This document shows positions 23,505 to 37,309 of a stretch of DNA of 64,000 nucleotides, piece after piece. A program made the translations under genes and the position numbers. Every line of letters begins with the position of its first letter. Position 1 is the stretch's first letter. The stretch spans positions 49,352,001 to 49,416,000 of the forward strand of contig NC_043009.1 of NCBI RefSeq assembly GCF_006345805.1. Reading direction: 5' to 3'. The DNA comes from Octopus sinensis. Taxonomy: Eukaryota. The notes beneath the pieces were generated by a model. It was not told the origin of the DNA. It ran no database searches and saw only the letters and a program-made list of their open reading frames with translations.

Positions 23505-23845
23505 GTCTGGTGACCCCCTTCAATCATGAATGACCATGGAATTGCTCCTAAAAAATTCCCCTCCGGGGCACAAGTCTGGGCAAGGCTGTTTATGGAAGAC
23601 GAGCAGTCACCCATGCATACCAGCCTCCCCTCTCCATGCCACCGATGTTATTGAAAAGAGAGGTAAAGGCCAATACATCTTGGCACCTGTGACGTCGCAA
23701 CTCATTTCTACAGCTGAGTGAACTGGAGCAACATGAAATAAAGTGTCTTGCTCAAGAACACAACACATAAACCTGTCTGGGAATCGAACTCACTACCTCA
23801 TGATTGCAAGCCCAATGCTCTAACCACTTAGCCATGTGCCTTCAC
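23505..23845 (-). mobile_element. tRNA-headed SINE family D
   Basis: Minus-strand head GTGAAGGCACATGGCTAAGTGGTTAGAGC...GAGTTCGATTCCC; near-identical copy at 24095-24416. Confidence 0.85.
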
Positions 23846-24094
23846 TACTCCTGATTAACCTGATACTAAACAAAAGCAACACCGACCAGACCAGTCATTT
23901 TGCTTCTGCTGGTCTGGAGAGATGGAACTGTGGACGTTTGGTGTCTTATGAAGTGAAGGTATGAGGACTTGGTGGTTACAGTCTAGCACTCAGGATTCTC
24001 AGATTATGGTTTTGATTCTTGGGTCAGGTAGTACATTGAGCTTTTGCATGAAGCACTTCATTTCATTTTGTTCCAGTTCACTTAGCAGTCTTTG

Positions 24095-24416
24095 GAGGAG
24101 GAGACCCCCTTCGGTCATGAATGACCATGGGATTGCACCTTGAAAGTTATCCTCCGAGGCACAAGTCCGGACAAGGTTGTTTATGGAAGACCAGCAGTCA
24201 CCCATGCATACCGGCCTCCCCTCTCCATGCCACCAATGTTATCCAAGGGAAAGGCAAAAGCCGATTCAGCTTGGCACCAGTGATGTCACAACTCATTTCT
24301 AAAATGAAATAAAGTGTCTTGCTCAAGAACACAATACACAGCCCAGTCCGGAAATCGAACTCACAACCTCACAATTGTAAGCTCGATGCTCTAACCACTG
24401 AGCCATGTACCTTCAC
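24095..24416 (-). mobile_element. tRNA-headed SINE family D
   Basis: Paralogue of 23505-23845. Confidence 0.85.
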
Positions 24417-24427
24417 TTAGCAGTAGA

Positions 24428-25000
24428 TAAATAAAATAAAATAAAATGGCACTCTGCAAGTTATGATGATGAGTAGTCCAGTTGATCTGATGAATGGAAA
24501 AGCTTGCTTGTGAAATTAACATGCAAGTGGCTGAGTGCTTCACAGACATGTGTGACCATAACCCTTTCGTTACCATATTTACTTTGAGATGCTATGTGTT
24601 CCTGTCAATTAATTTTAAATATAACACGGAATTTAGTAAATTAACTTAGTTGTTATCAAACTAGTGTTAGGAACACAAATTGTGACTATGGTTTGGTGAA
24701 AGATTTTAATTCAGAACTTTTGTAAACAAGACATTTGTACTACAGAGCCAGATCTAGTTTCAGTCAGGTTTGTATCGAAAGGGTTAATGTCGTTCTCAAG
24801 GAGATTCAGCATGACACAAAATGTGACAAGGTGGGCCCTTTGAAATACAGGTCCTACTTGTTTTCACCAGCAGAGTGGACTGGAGCAGTGTGAAATAAAG
24901 TGTCTTGCTTAAGGACATGATGCATTGCAAGGAATTGAATTCACAATTTTGCAATTGTGAGTCGAATACTCCTTATCAGTAAGCCATGTTCCTTCACTCG
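24428..25000 (-). mobile_element. SINE family D variant interrupted by piggyBac MITE
   Basis: Shares the GAAATAAAGTGTCTTGCT..GA core and head; sequence resumes after the TTAA at 24784. Confidence 0.6.
24562..24783. mobile_element. piggyBac-type MITE (~220 bp)
   Basis: Ends CCCTTTCG...CGAAAGGG, flanked by ATAA/TTAA. Copies at 37310-37519 and 56661-56882. Confidence 0.85.
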
Positions 25001-25113
25001 TGAGGGACCAGTGACCTGTTCAAAGGAGGATTGTGATATAAGTCACTTTAAGCCATGAAGACTGAGTAACCAGCCTAATGAGTGTTAGGACTCAAAACAG
25101 AATTTTACTCTAC

Positions 25114-25655
25114 TTAGGTCTCACCGAGGAAATGATTAGAGACCGAGACCTTTGGAAGTATGCTGTGCATGAGAAGACCCGGCAGGACAAGTGAGACGAT
25201 AAACCATGGCTTCAGTCCACCTATGCATACCTTTCCTTCTTGGGACACAAAACTCTACTTGTGAAGACCTGTTGAGGCAAGTGAAATCAAAAGCTAAATC
25301 GATCAACATCAATGGAAATTGTAGCTGTGATACCAGTGCCGGTGGCACACAAGAGAACCATCCAAACGTGGCCATTGCCAGTGACGCCCTGACTAGCTTC
25401 CATGCCGGTGGCACATAAAAAGCACCATCCGATTATGGCCATTGCCAGCCTCGTCAGGCACCTGTGCCGGTGGCACGTAAAAAGCACTCACTACACTCAC
25501 GGAGTGGTTGGCGTTAGGAAGGGTATCCAGCCGTAGAAACACTGCCTGATCAGACTGGGCCTGGTGCAGCCTTCTGGCTTCTCAGATCCCAGTTGAACCG
25601 TCCAACCCATGCTAGCATGGAAAACGGACGTTAAACGATGATGATGATGATGATG

Positions 25656-25660
<5 letters not shown>
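25114..25660 (+). mobile_element. 5'-truncated RTE-LINE: ORF C-terminus + 3' UTR + (GAT)n tail
   Basis: 25114-25194 encodes LGLTEEMIRDRDLWKYAVHEKTRQDK*, an RTE-like ORF end with DRxxW motif, followed by the tail shared by other copies. Confidence 0.85.
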
Positions 25661-25687
<27 letters not shown>

Positions 25688-25688
<1 letters not shown>

Positions 25689-25850
25689 CGATGGGCTTCT
25701 TTCAGTTTCCATCTACCAAATCCACTCACAAGGCTTTGGTTGACCCGAGGCTATGGTAGAAGACACTTGCCCAAGGTGCCACGCATGCCACGCAGTGGGT
25801 CTAAACCTGGAACCATTTGGTCGGGAAGCAAGCTTCTTACCACACAACCA
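25688..25850 (-). mobile_element. SINE family A 5' half
   Basis: GGGCTTCTTTCAGTTTCCATCTACCAAATCCACTCACAAGG... to the head. Confidence 0.85.
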
Positions 25851-26424
25851 CTCTTGCATCATGGATTCTTTGTCCTAAGTACTTTCTTAAATTTGTCCTA
25901 AACAATTATGTTTGTTTTCGGACTTTTAGTCAATCCTTGTTTCATATGTTCTTAGTACTATAAAAGTTTTTCTTTCAAAAGTTCCAAGTTACTTTGGTGG
26001 CTGGAAAAAGTTAGGGAATGTGTATTATCATATATGATGCACGGATGCGAAGGAAATATGTTGTGTATCATGTATAATAACTGGGACAGGCAAAGTGAGA
26101 AATATAAAATTATTCCCAGCCTTATTCTATGTGTTAACTTCAGCTTGTCCCATCTTGAAAAAAATCCCCCCAAAACAAGAGGATGAATTGGGTAACGTAG
26201 TTCTCAATATGCTAATATAGACATGGCATAATGTAGACACTGTTATGAGCCATGAAAGAATGGTCATGGTTGGGACACCTCTGGTGACAGGTCGACTTGA
26301 TCAAGACAGACCTGGGGTTTAAATAACATCAGTATTAATAATTGCTTTATGTGACACACAGACAGAATGAAGGGTAAACAAGAGAGAAAGCAAATATTTG
26401 TACAAATCAGTAGAGATAACGCTT

Positions 26425-26790
26425 TCATCTTTTATTTGTTTTGGTCATTAGACTGTGGCCAGACTGGAGCACAGCTTCAACTTATTTTCTTTAAAGTGAT
26501 ACTTATTTTATCAGTCTCATTTGCTGAATAGCTTAATTACAGGGTTGTAAACAAACTAACACTGGTTGTGAAGAGATGCTTTGGGGGTGACAAATACGCA
26601 CATACACTCACACATACATATGCACATACATATACAATGGTTTCCATATAGTCTCCATTTACCAAATTCTCTCACAAGGCATTGATCAACCAAGGATTAT
26701 AGAAGACACTTGCCCAAGGTGTCACTTAGTGGGACTGAACCTGAAACCACAGGGTGCAAAACAAACTCCTTAGCCACACATCCATATCTG
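26425..26790 (-). mobile_element. Degenerate SINE family A
   Basis: Recognisable 3' and 5' halves with many substitutions. Confidence 0.65.
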
Positions 26791-27732
26791 CAGTTACATA
26801 ACTCAGAGTTTGAAAGATGCTTGTGGTATTTTGAAGAAACATATACCTATATGGATGCAGACATAACCAGATAGTTATCTAAGTTCACTTTGCAATCACA
26901 AGGGCCTGGGTTCAATCCATGGTGTATGAAACAACCGGGACAATTGTCTTTTACTTATTTAGCCTTGAGTCTACCCAAGGTTTGTGAGTGAAATTGGGCA
27001 GATGGAAACTATAAGGAAGCTTTTTGGATAGATTGTACCTATAATTAGAAAGTAGAGTGTATCACACACATTGTGTCAAACTGATTCTACCTGAGAATTA
27101 CATTATGGTTATACATATCTGAGGAATACTCAGCCACGTATATGCTAATTCAATGAGCAGAAATTCTGATTGATCTAACAACTGAATAGTCGTTAGTGAA
27201 ACTAATAGAAATCTATTTAGTTTGCATTAAAACAGTCTTCACCACCACCACACAGATTGTCTGTAAGAACAAAAATCCATTTGCATGCAATTACCATGGC
27301 TGCCCTGCCTTTGTCTTTAAAACTAAGGCTCAGGGGCCATGACATGGTTAAGAAATTCACTTCAAAACCACATGATTTTGGGGTTCTGTCTCATTGTGAG
27401 ATGCTTTGGGGCAGTGCCTTCTTAAATAGTTCTAGGTCAACTAATGCTTTGTGAGCGAATTTAATGCGTACCCTTGAATTTGTGTTTGTCTCTCACTATT
27501 TGACAACTGGTGTTGGTTTGTTTGCATTCCCATAACTTTGTGGTTTGGTGAAAAGTGACTGATGGATTATGTACCAGATTTAAAATAATCACTGGGATTA
27601 AGTTGATTAGCTAAATCCTTCAAGGCTAGTTCCCCAGCATGGCTGCAGCCCAAAGACAGACAAATTAAAGAAAATGAATAATACATTATCCAAGAACAGA
27701 ACTGACTTGAAGTTCTAGGTGATTGTATCAAA

Positions 27733-28930
27733 TCCTTTCGTTACTATATTTCTGACCAAAATACACCCCTCATAAGTTTCAATTAAATTCTAAAATAATC
27801 ATGAATTTAGGCTTGTTTCATTAAATAACTGTAACTTTTTTACTTATCAACATATTAATGTGATATTTGAAACATAATTAAAGAAAGGGTTCTTAATCAA
27901 TACTATTGCATAACTTTTGTCTCAAAGTGACTTTAATTACAGGTAAATCCTGGTAAATTGAGCAAAAGGTAAAAATATTAAAATTTTGTTTAAACATCAC
28001 CATAGAAAATGAATCATCTGCTAATATTCAAATGGGTATGCAACAAAATTTTGATAAAGAAGAATTGTGCACATCACTAGATCATCAGTTGAATTTAATG
28101 CACAACAGGTGTACCATAAAGGTGGAATAAACTGAAATACTGGAATCCACCACAAGTTTGACCGAACTAAAGAAATCAGTCAAAAAATAATATACGGCCC
28201 TGGTTATGGTATGGAAGTAATAAATTTCAGACCACATCGTTCCCTAGGCCATGCTGACTAACATTAGTTTCCCTGTATAAAAACTAAATCCACAACAGTA
28301 CCCAGTATTTGCTTCACAAATTTTCCAAACTTTGATCCCACATTTTGTGTTTGTTTAAAATCTGCGTAAATTTATTTCCGAAGTGATTGCTTCAAACTAG
28401 TATACTGAAAAAAATAAAAGTCTAATGGTTTCACTTCCTAAGAAAGACTATAGATAAACTGTATCTCCTCAGAAAAATTGCTAATAAAAACATTTTTAAA
28501 GTTTTTACTTCATTCCGATGTAAAATCATCTTTGCTGTTGCCATCGCCGCTTTGTTTCTTCTGCTTTCATTTTCGGATAAAAAAATATCCTATTCATTAT
28601 TTTGTACACCACGTGCTTTTGTACCTATTTCATTCTTTTTTCGTTATCTCCCTATTTTCCGTTTAAAAAGCTTTAAATTCGGAATCAATGCTTGATAACA
28701 TGAAACTCCTATCCATTTTCAAAGTTGAAGAAAAATCGATGCCGAAAAAAATGTGGAAAAAAATCTCCCAAAATTCACTGAGTTGAGATATCACTTCAAG
28801 CAATGTCGGATACTATAACCCAACTATTTACAAAGTGAAATCACATGTTTTAACGAATGTACCAACGAGATTTGGGTTCAAATTTACATTTAAATAACAA
28901 TAGGTTCTCTCGGCCGGCTAGGTATTATGA
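27733..28930 (-). mobile_element. Internally deleted piggyBac element with transposase remnant
   Basis: Minus-strand fragments at ~28345-28146: KCGIKVWKICEANTGYCCGFSFYTGK / SQHGLGNDVV*NLLLPYHNQGRILFFD / FFSSVKLVVD match piggyBac GIK.W..CD..TGY..F..YTGK and DNFFTS motifs. Left end TCCTTTCGTTACTATATTT matches the MITE end. Right end uncertain. Confidence 0.8.
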
Positions 28931-29129
28931 ACCAAAAAATTTTTCAGCCGGATTAGTAACTGTCTGAGAATTATTTAGCCTGTCTATCTGCAACACCTGT
29001 GTCTTTAACAAAACTACTTGACTATAAAGAAGCCACAGTCTACTCAGCTGTATATATTTAGTTGATTGTAACAATCCCAGGACATATTTTTCTCTGATAC
29101 ATATTTTATCTGTTCTCTTAGTTATGGTG

Positions 29130-29605
<476 letters not shown>

Positions 29606-30631
29606 AAAGAATAAAATCAAACATAACATATTCACACACACACACACACACAAACACATGCATCCCTCACACACATATCCATGTAAGAATGTATGCATGT
29701 TCTGAGTTTGTGTTTGTTGACAACGTTTGTGAACAGACATCTCCAGAACAGCTTCAGGATTGGCGAAGTCAATGTTACATATATAGAAGATGCTTGCTCA
29801 AGGTACAGCACAACCATACAAGAGTGAACGGAGGGTCTTAACCACCACAACCATAAGTGCATCTAGCATGAATGAAGAGCACATCATTGAATAACGGTAC
29901 TTAGTTGAAAATCCACTGCACACATTGGTGAGGAAAATTTGATAAACTGATTACTGCAGTTCAAAAGGTCTTTTATTCAATGTGTGGTTTCTGGCTAGGC
30001 TTGTCTTCAGACACTTCGTTTATAAAGGCAATGTATTCTTGTAATCTTGTTTTCTTCATTTACAGCTCACTTCTATGCTATGGTGTGATGTTGCCATAAA
30101 AATTTCCTCTTAATCAACTGTGTGTGAATATGTGTGACAGATAGAGAAAGAAGGGGGGAGAGAAAGGGAGAGAGGGGTGCCAAAGAAGTTCTCAGCTAAG
30201 AGTAATCTACTATACCTAGCATTTGTTATCATCAAGAAATCCTTTGGCAAGGCACCTTAACCTATCATCAAGTGATCATGATGAACACTACAAGGAGGTG
30301 AATGGCTTCTGTAAGCTATGCAAGTCATGTACAGATTGTATCTGTACATGTACAGATTGTATCTGTACAGGGTGAGAGTTAGAAACGTCTGTAGGTGTCC
30401 AGCAAGGTTTGGTTTTCTGTCCCATCCAATTTATAGTAATTCTTCAGGTTGTAACAGAACTAGGATATATTGATGACTTAACTTGCACTGGCAAATCTGT
30501 CAAAGATTTAAAAAAGAATTTTAAAAGTAAAGCCTAAAAGCGATCATATACATGTATGTGTGTGTGTGTGTGTGAGAGAGAGAGAAAGAAAGAGGGATGG
30601 TGAGAGAAAGAGAGAGAGAGAGAGAGAGGCA

Positions 30632-30701
<70 letters not shown>

Positions 30702-31689
30702 TACACACACACACAGGCTGGCAGAGTCACCAGAGTTATGTTTGGGTTAATTTATACAATTTAATCCAGTTACCTGTGCTGTAAGTTCAAATTCTTTCAA
30801 GGTCTAATTTGCCTTTCATTATTTTGGGGCCAATAACATACCAGTCCATTACTGGGAGTCAATTCCTCTTCTGTCTCAGAAAGAAATTTGTCGTGTTCAG
30901 ATCTGGAGAATGATGTATGATCTGCCATGTTTAAAATGCCCAAGACATGTCATATGTCACAAGAATTTTCCTCCTCCTTGTCCCCATCATCATCACCAGA
31001 AGTAGCAGGATCAGTAGCAGCAGCAGCAGCAGCATTTTAAATCCACATTTCCAAGCTTGCATGGGTCAGATGAAGTTTATTGTCACACACACACACACAC
31101 ACGTGTCTGTTTGGTTTTATGTCCCTTATTCCATGTTAGTATGAGGTTGATGAAGCTTGTTAGCTGGGATACACTCTATGGAAACCTGTTTCTGACATTA
31201 TAAGGCAAGCCTTCCTATAGACACCTTTAAAGCAAAGCAAGTCTGACTGACCAAAAGTAACATGGAGATGGTCCACAGAAACTGAGACACTGACAAACAC
31301 AATAACTGCAATCCATTACCAAAGATCAAGATGGGGATCCCCTGTTGACACCTTATGCATTAAAGGAAATGGGAAGATGTATATATTTATGTTACTTCAT
31401 TTTATTTCATTTTATTTCTCTTGCCAATGTCGAGTGAATTGTGACCACTACCACTAATTCTAAAAGGAACAGGCCTGTCCCACACTGAATTATGCTGAGA
31501 TTGCTGGGGTATTACATTTAGAGTACAAGTGTAGTTAGTTCAGGACCAGATTATTCAGTTGATTGACCAACTGGACCCTTATTGTCAAACAAGAGATCCA
31601 CCACACATGCACACACACACACATACACATGGGTTAGTCCACATAAGGGGTTTCCAGGTCTCTCCCTGGCATATGTATTCCTCCCTGGA

Positions 31690-31855
31690 CAGGACGCCAG
31701 TCTGTTGCAGGTTTACTAATTTTTGCCAGTTGGGTGGACTGGAACAACATGGGAATGAAGTGTTTTGCTCAAGAACACAATACATTGCATGATGCAGGAA
31801 TCAAAGCCATTATCTTACAATCATGTGTTCAACACCCTAACCACTAAGTCATATA
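31690..31855 (-). mobile_element. Degenerate SINE family D 5' part
   Basis: GAAGTGTTTTGCTCAAGAACACAA...CTAACCACTAAGTCAT. Confidence 0.6.
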
Positions 31856-32014
31856 TCTCCTCTCTCTCTCACACACACAGATCATTTTGCAAAATAACAT
31901 CATTACAATTGTCCTATTTGTTTGATATTTGCTCTTCGTGAGTATGTGGTGGGGTTCACATGTGTGTGTATAAAATAATTATTTTTACATCAAAATCCAA
32001 CTTAACTATAAAAT

Positions 32015-32445
32015 ATATTCTGTTGTGTCTGGGGAGGGTAATTTTCTTTTTGTGCCTTATAACTTAACACGCTCACCGGTAAAATTTCCACTTATTTTTA
32101 TTTTCCTAAAATTTTCGTCGCGTCTTGCAACCTTTTCACTAGTCTTGACTACTGGAAACGTTGCAATATATATATACATATACTCACTCATATATACATA
32201 TACATATACACACACATAAAAGTCTTGACTATCGAAAAGGTTGCAAGATGCAACGAAAATTTTAGGAAAATAAAAATAAGAAATAAGTGGAAATTTTACC
32301 GGTGAGTGTGTTAAATTATAAGGCACAAAAAGAAAATGACTCTCCCCAGACGCAACAGAATATGCTTCAACACACGAACTCATATAAAGATTCTTGCAAA
32401 CCAAATCCAAAAACGAAATGTAAAATATATGAAGTCAGTTAAACC
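32015..32445. mobile_element. Palindromic fold-back element (second copy) with 70-bp central insert
   Basis: Arms as in 14741-15067; AGTCTTGACT at 32141-32150 and 32221-32230 brackets a TA/CA-rich insert. Confidence 0.8.
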
Positions 32446-32871
32446 GAGGAAAGCAGAGCTAGATATATTACCTGTCACTCATGCCTAAGGTCTGAACACA
32501 TCACCATATTTTCCATACAATTCAGGATCTTAAACACACAGGAATAAGGTTTCATTTTCTCTAGTAAATATACAAACACTTGGGAGCCCATATTCATAAC
32601 AGAAAACAAAACCCTGTGTAATTAATAATTGAATATTTGAAGCTTTTGTTTGCAGGGCACACTGTGGTGATATTGTTAGTATCTAGTGTAGGAAAAATTG
32701 GGTTCAGTTGAGCTAGTTTAAAGCAATCAAATTTTGCTGCCAAAATTAGGTTGGATTTGTAAATACTATAAAAATTACCATTATGTTTTCAAGTTTCAAA
32801 TAAGTTTGAATATCTAATGTGACTAATGCTGTGTTGAGTGTCTTCACCATCATCATTGTTTTAATATTGGC

Positions 32872-33172
32872 ACGTAAAAGGCACCATTCGAGCGTGATTG
32901 TTTCCAGCATTGCCTTACTGGCACATGTAAAAAGATTTAAGTGAGGTCGTTACCAGTACTGCCTGACTGGCCCCATGCTGGTTGCACATAAAAAGCACCC
33001 ACTACACTCTCAGAGCAGTTGGTGTTAGGAAGGGCATCTAGCTGTAGAAACTCTGCCAGATCAAGATTAGAGCCTGGTGCAGCCATCTGGTTTGCCAGCC
33101 CTCAGTCAAAATCGTCCAACCCATGCTAGCATGGAAAGTGGACGTTAAACGATGATGATGATGATGATGATG
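32872..33172 (+). mobile_element. RTE-LINE 3' UTR fragment with (GAT)n tail
   Basis: Shared RTE tail sequence. Confidence 0.8.
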
Positions 33173-34715
33173 ATTTTGTCATGTTTGCATTAGTGGGAGG
33201 GAATTCATCTGGACAGATTTTCTACACAGGATGCTCTTCCTGTTACTAACCCTCAACTAAACCTCACGACCTGATATGTTTTCAACGAAGATTGGAAATG
33301 AAGGACACTGTTGTGCTTGATGGTTATATTTGTTTGGGGACACACACACATTTGATGAGCTTCTTTCAGTTTCTGTCCAGCAAATCCATACACAAAGCTT
33401 TAGTCAGCATCTAGTCAACTTGGAAACAGGTGAGGGTTGGCAACAGGAAGGTCATCCAACTGTAGAAAATCTGCCACAACAAATTCCATCTGACCCATGG
33501 GACCATGTAAAAGTGAGTGTTAAAAGATGATGAGGCTGATGTTGATGCACAAACACATACACACACACACACGAGAAGATACTTGTCCAAAATGCCACAC
33601 AATGGGACTGAACTCAAAACCACATGAATGGTAACCAAACATCTGAACCACACAGCTATGCCTACACTTATGTGCGCATGTGTGTGTGTTTATACATGTA
33701 TGTGTGTATATATACATGTGTGTGTATATATACATGCATGTATATATATATATATATATACATGTGTGTGCATATATATATATACATGTGTGTGTGTATA
33801 CATTTGTGTGTGTATATATACGTGTGTGTATACATGTGTGTGTGTGTGTGTATTATACATGTGTGTGTGTGTGTGTGAGTGTATCTTCTAAATATATCCT
33901 CCAGATAAATATATATGTTGTCTTTATCACAAACTGTTTCTAATTTTCTATGTGAAAATATATACTTAGTATTTTAAACACAACAGTTGAAAAAATGTGC
34001 AAGAGAGAGATTATGGTCTAACAGGCATTGTCAGATTGACTTGTTCTTCTTACACAACATGGATGTGAAGTTCTCAATGGTGTCCCAGTAGAGTGAGTGA
34101 GCTATGGAAATTAAGTAAGTTAGTAAAAGTAATCTAATGTGGTCACACATCAAACGGTATAGAGAAATAAATTTTTAAAAAAACACACACATACACACAT
34201 GGAAAAAAAAAAAATATATAAGTGATTTCAATGTATCAGCGGTATCTCTAATGAGTATTGTTATGAACATTATATTAAACATCATAATGAGCATGATAAT
34301 GGACGTTATAATGGACATTAAAGTGAACATTATAATGAACATTATAATTAAGAGATTTTTTTTAGTCCATTCAAAATTTTAAGAAAGCTGAACAAGAACT
34401 GCTCTAAGACAAAGGAAGTAAATTTACCGTTTAATAACTGTTTCTTTTGGAGATACCAAGTACATTTCAATATTTTTACTAGATTCAATCATTGATTCAC
34501 AGGCCAAACTAGTACTACTGGGGGTAACATTTTCAAGGGATTTTAGTTGATCATATCAAACCCAGTACATTTCAGTTTGGCCCTTAGTATATCAATCATT
34601 GATCTTTTGATGAAAAGGGACAGAACACTATACATTGTTTTAAGCCAGTTTACCCACTCATATATATACATATCCTAATCTTTCTCATCCTTTATATATA
34701 CTTGCATGAGGTGAG

Positions 34716-34757
<42 letters not shown>

Positions 34758-34831
34758 TATATACATATATACATATATATATATGTTTTAGTATCACCTT
34801 GGTTTGACATTATATAGTTGTAACTCAAGCA

Positions 34832-35220
34832 TGGCTGTGTTAAGAAGCCTGCTTCTCAACTACATGGTTCTGAGTTCAGTCCCACAGTGTGGCTCCTTGG
34901 GAAAGTATCTTCTACTATAGCCTCAGGCTGACCAAAGCCTTGTAGGTGGATTTGGTAGATGGAAACTGAAAGAAACCTGTTGTATATATTTATATTTGTG
35001 TGTGTGTCATGGGGTTTGTGTTTGTTCCCCCACCATTGCTTGACAACTGATGTTGGTGTGCATATGACCCCATACCTTACCAGTTTGGCAAAAGAGACCA
35101 ATAGAATAAGTAGCAGGCTTACAAAGAATAAGTCCTGGGGTTGATTTGTGTGACTTAAAACCCTTCAATATGGTGCTCCAGTATGGTCGCAGTCAGAAGA
35201 CTGAAACAAGTAAAAGAGTG
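34832..35220 (+). mobile_element. SINE family A
   Basis: Head TGGCTGTGTTAAGAAG, core and tail present. Confidence 0.85.
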
Positions 35221-35239
35221 AAAGACTTAGTGTCATAAC

Positions 35240-35410
35240 CATGCAAGCAGTGTCCTTTGTTTTCAATCTTCCACGAAAACATGTCTGGTCATGTGGAAAT
35301 ATTAACTTACTTGGAAACAGGTGAGGGTCGGCAACAGGAAGAGCATCCAACTGCAGAAATTCCATCTGACCCATAGGAGCAAGTAAAAGTGAGTGTTAAA
35401 AGATGATAAG
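35240..35410 (+). mobile_element. Repeat family G (RTE-like tail)
   Basis: CTTGGAAACAGGTGAGGG... shared with 33415-33530 (+), 33190-33325 (-) and 46445-46555 (+). Confidence 0.6.
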
Positions 35411-36423
35411 GCTGATGTTCATACACACATACACACACACATACTAGAATCCTAAACAACTTTCATCTCCCATGTTACTCACGAGGTGTTGGTCAGCTCA
35501 AGACTATAATAGAAGACACTTGCCCAGGGTACTCTGTGGTGGGAACCTAGCAGTATTCGGTCGTCAAACAAATTTTTAACCACACACCTAAGTATGAACT
35601 TATGTTCAAAACCTAAAATGAAATTAAAATTTTCTGTACAACGGATGTGAACACTGGATTTACGACTTCCATCTTGACAAAAAAGAAGAAAATCCTCTCT
35701 GTTCTGTTTTTAATGATTGTGATTGGTATTGAGAGAATAAAGACAATTTTATTCCTTGTGTGAATTTAATTATAATGTGATTCAAAAGAAAACTGTAGCA
35801 ACCCCCACACCAAAAAAACCTCCACAAAAGTAACAAAAACTCTTCATAAATATATACATATGTATATCACTTTCACACATGTGAACACATAAGTGCAAAA
35901 CGAGGTGTTAAAAACTGATAAAATGATAGTCGAATAGTAAAGTTAGGTAGGAGGAAGATTGTATTCTATTGAGGCTGAAAATACTTCAACAAATTGTTAT
36001 CCAGAGTTTCACATAACTGTTCATCAGGCAGTCATGAGGGACTCTTGTTACCGGTTTGTGAAGTCTTTTCAGTTTCAGTAAAGTACTATCTGTCTAGCTA
36101 TATATATATATATATGTAGATATATGTATATGTACATATGTGTGTGGATGTATATATATATATATACATATATGTCTCTGTTTAATACCACTAGATCATC
36201 ACCATGAGTGGTAAGGCAATGAGACATGCATCTCTACATTTTTCTTCTGCAAGCTATTGAAATTAAAGAGAGATTGCTAGTTAAGAAATTAACAAGAATG
36301 AAAAGACTCAAGTGAATATCAGATACAGTCTGTCAAGGCCCTACCATCATCCATTAGTGCATGAAGAAGCAACAAATATGCATATTTCTATGCTGTACAT
36401 CCATCTTCTTTTCCAACACAGGT

Positions 36424-36648
36424 TTGTTGGCAGAATTGTTAGCACGTCGGGCGAAATGCCGAGCAGTATTTCGTCTGCCGTTACGTTCTGAGTTCAAATT
36501 CCGCTGAGGTCGACTTAGGCTTTCATCCTTTTGGGGTCGATAAATTAAGTACCAGTTACGCACTGGGGTCGATATAATCGACTTAATCCGTTTGTCTGTC
36601 CTTGTTTGTCTCCTCTGTGTTTAGCCCCTTGTGGGTAGTAAAAAAAAA
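36424..36648 (+). mobile_element. SINE family B, B1 tail, CpG-intact
   Basis: Full head, core and tail. Confidence 0.9.
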
Positions 36649-36847
36649 AGTATTTCAAAGCCACATGCTTAACCTGTTGCTAACCTTTATTTGTCTTTTC
36701 AATTAGGGATTATATATGGATTATATATTCTAACTTTGGTACTGAGAGTGTAGAGATATAAAGCAATTTGTTAATAGGGAATGTCAACATAACATCACAA
36801 ATTTAGCTTGAGTGGTTTCGTGCAAAGATGGCAAGTGTAAGTAATCA

Positions 36848-36913
<66 letters not shown>

Positions 36914-37309
36914 CACACACACACATGATGTTCTTTCATGCAGTTTTTGTTGACCAGTTCCACTCAAAAGACACTGATCAGTTTAGGACTTTAGGAGAAG
37001 GAACTTACTGGCAACATAGTACTCAAAATCAAATGCTTGCAAAGTGAACTTTGTATCACTAAAGCCATGCTTGTGCCAAGCCATGCCATATATATATATA
37101 TATATATACAAAAATATTCACACAAACACTCTTTTGTATATGTGTCCTTATATGTATGCATGCATGAAATTTCTCTAAGAATCTATGGAGGACAGGTGAA
37201 TAGATAATCTCTTATGAGCTGTCTGAAATGGGATCAAAACCAATCGGATAGATCACTGATTTTCTATCCAAGTAGAGTGCTTACACATTTGTTTATACTT
37301 GTCCATTAA

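Noticed and set aside
34261-34348. 12-bp minisatellite (TGAACATTATAA-like), and a 33-bp tandem duplication at 53580-53640
   Set aside because: Ordinary local slippage products with no further structure.
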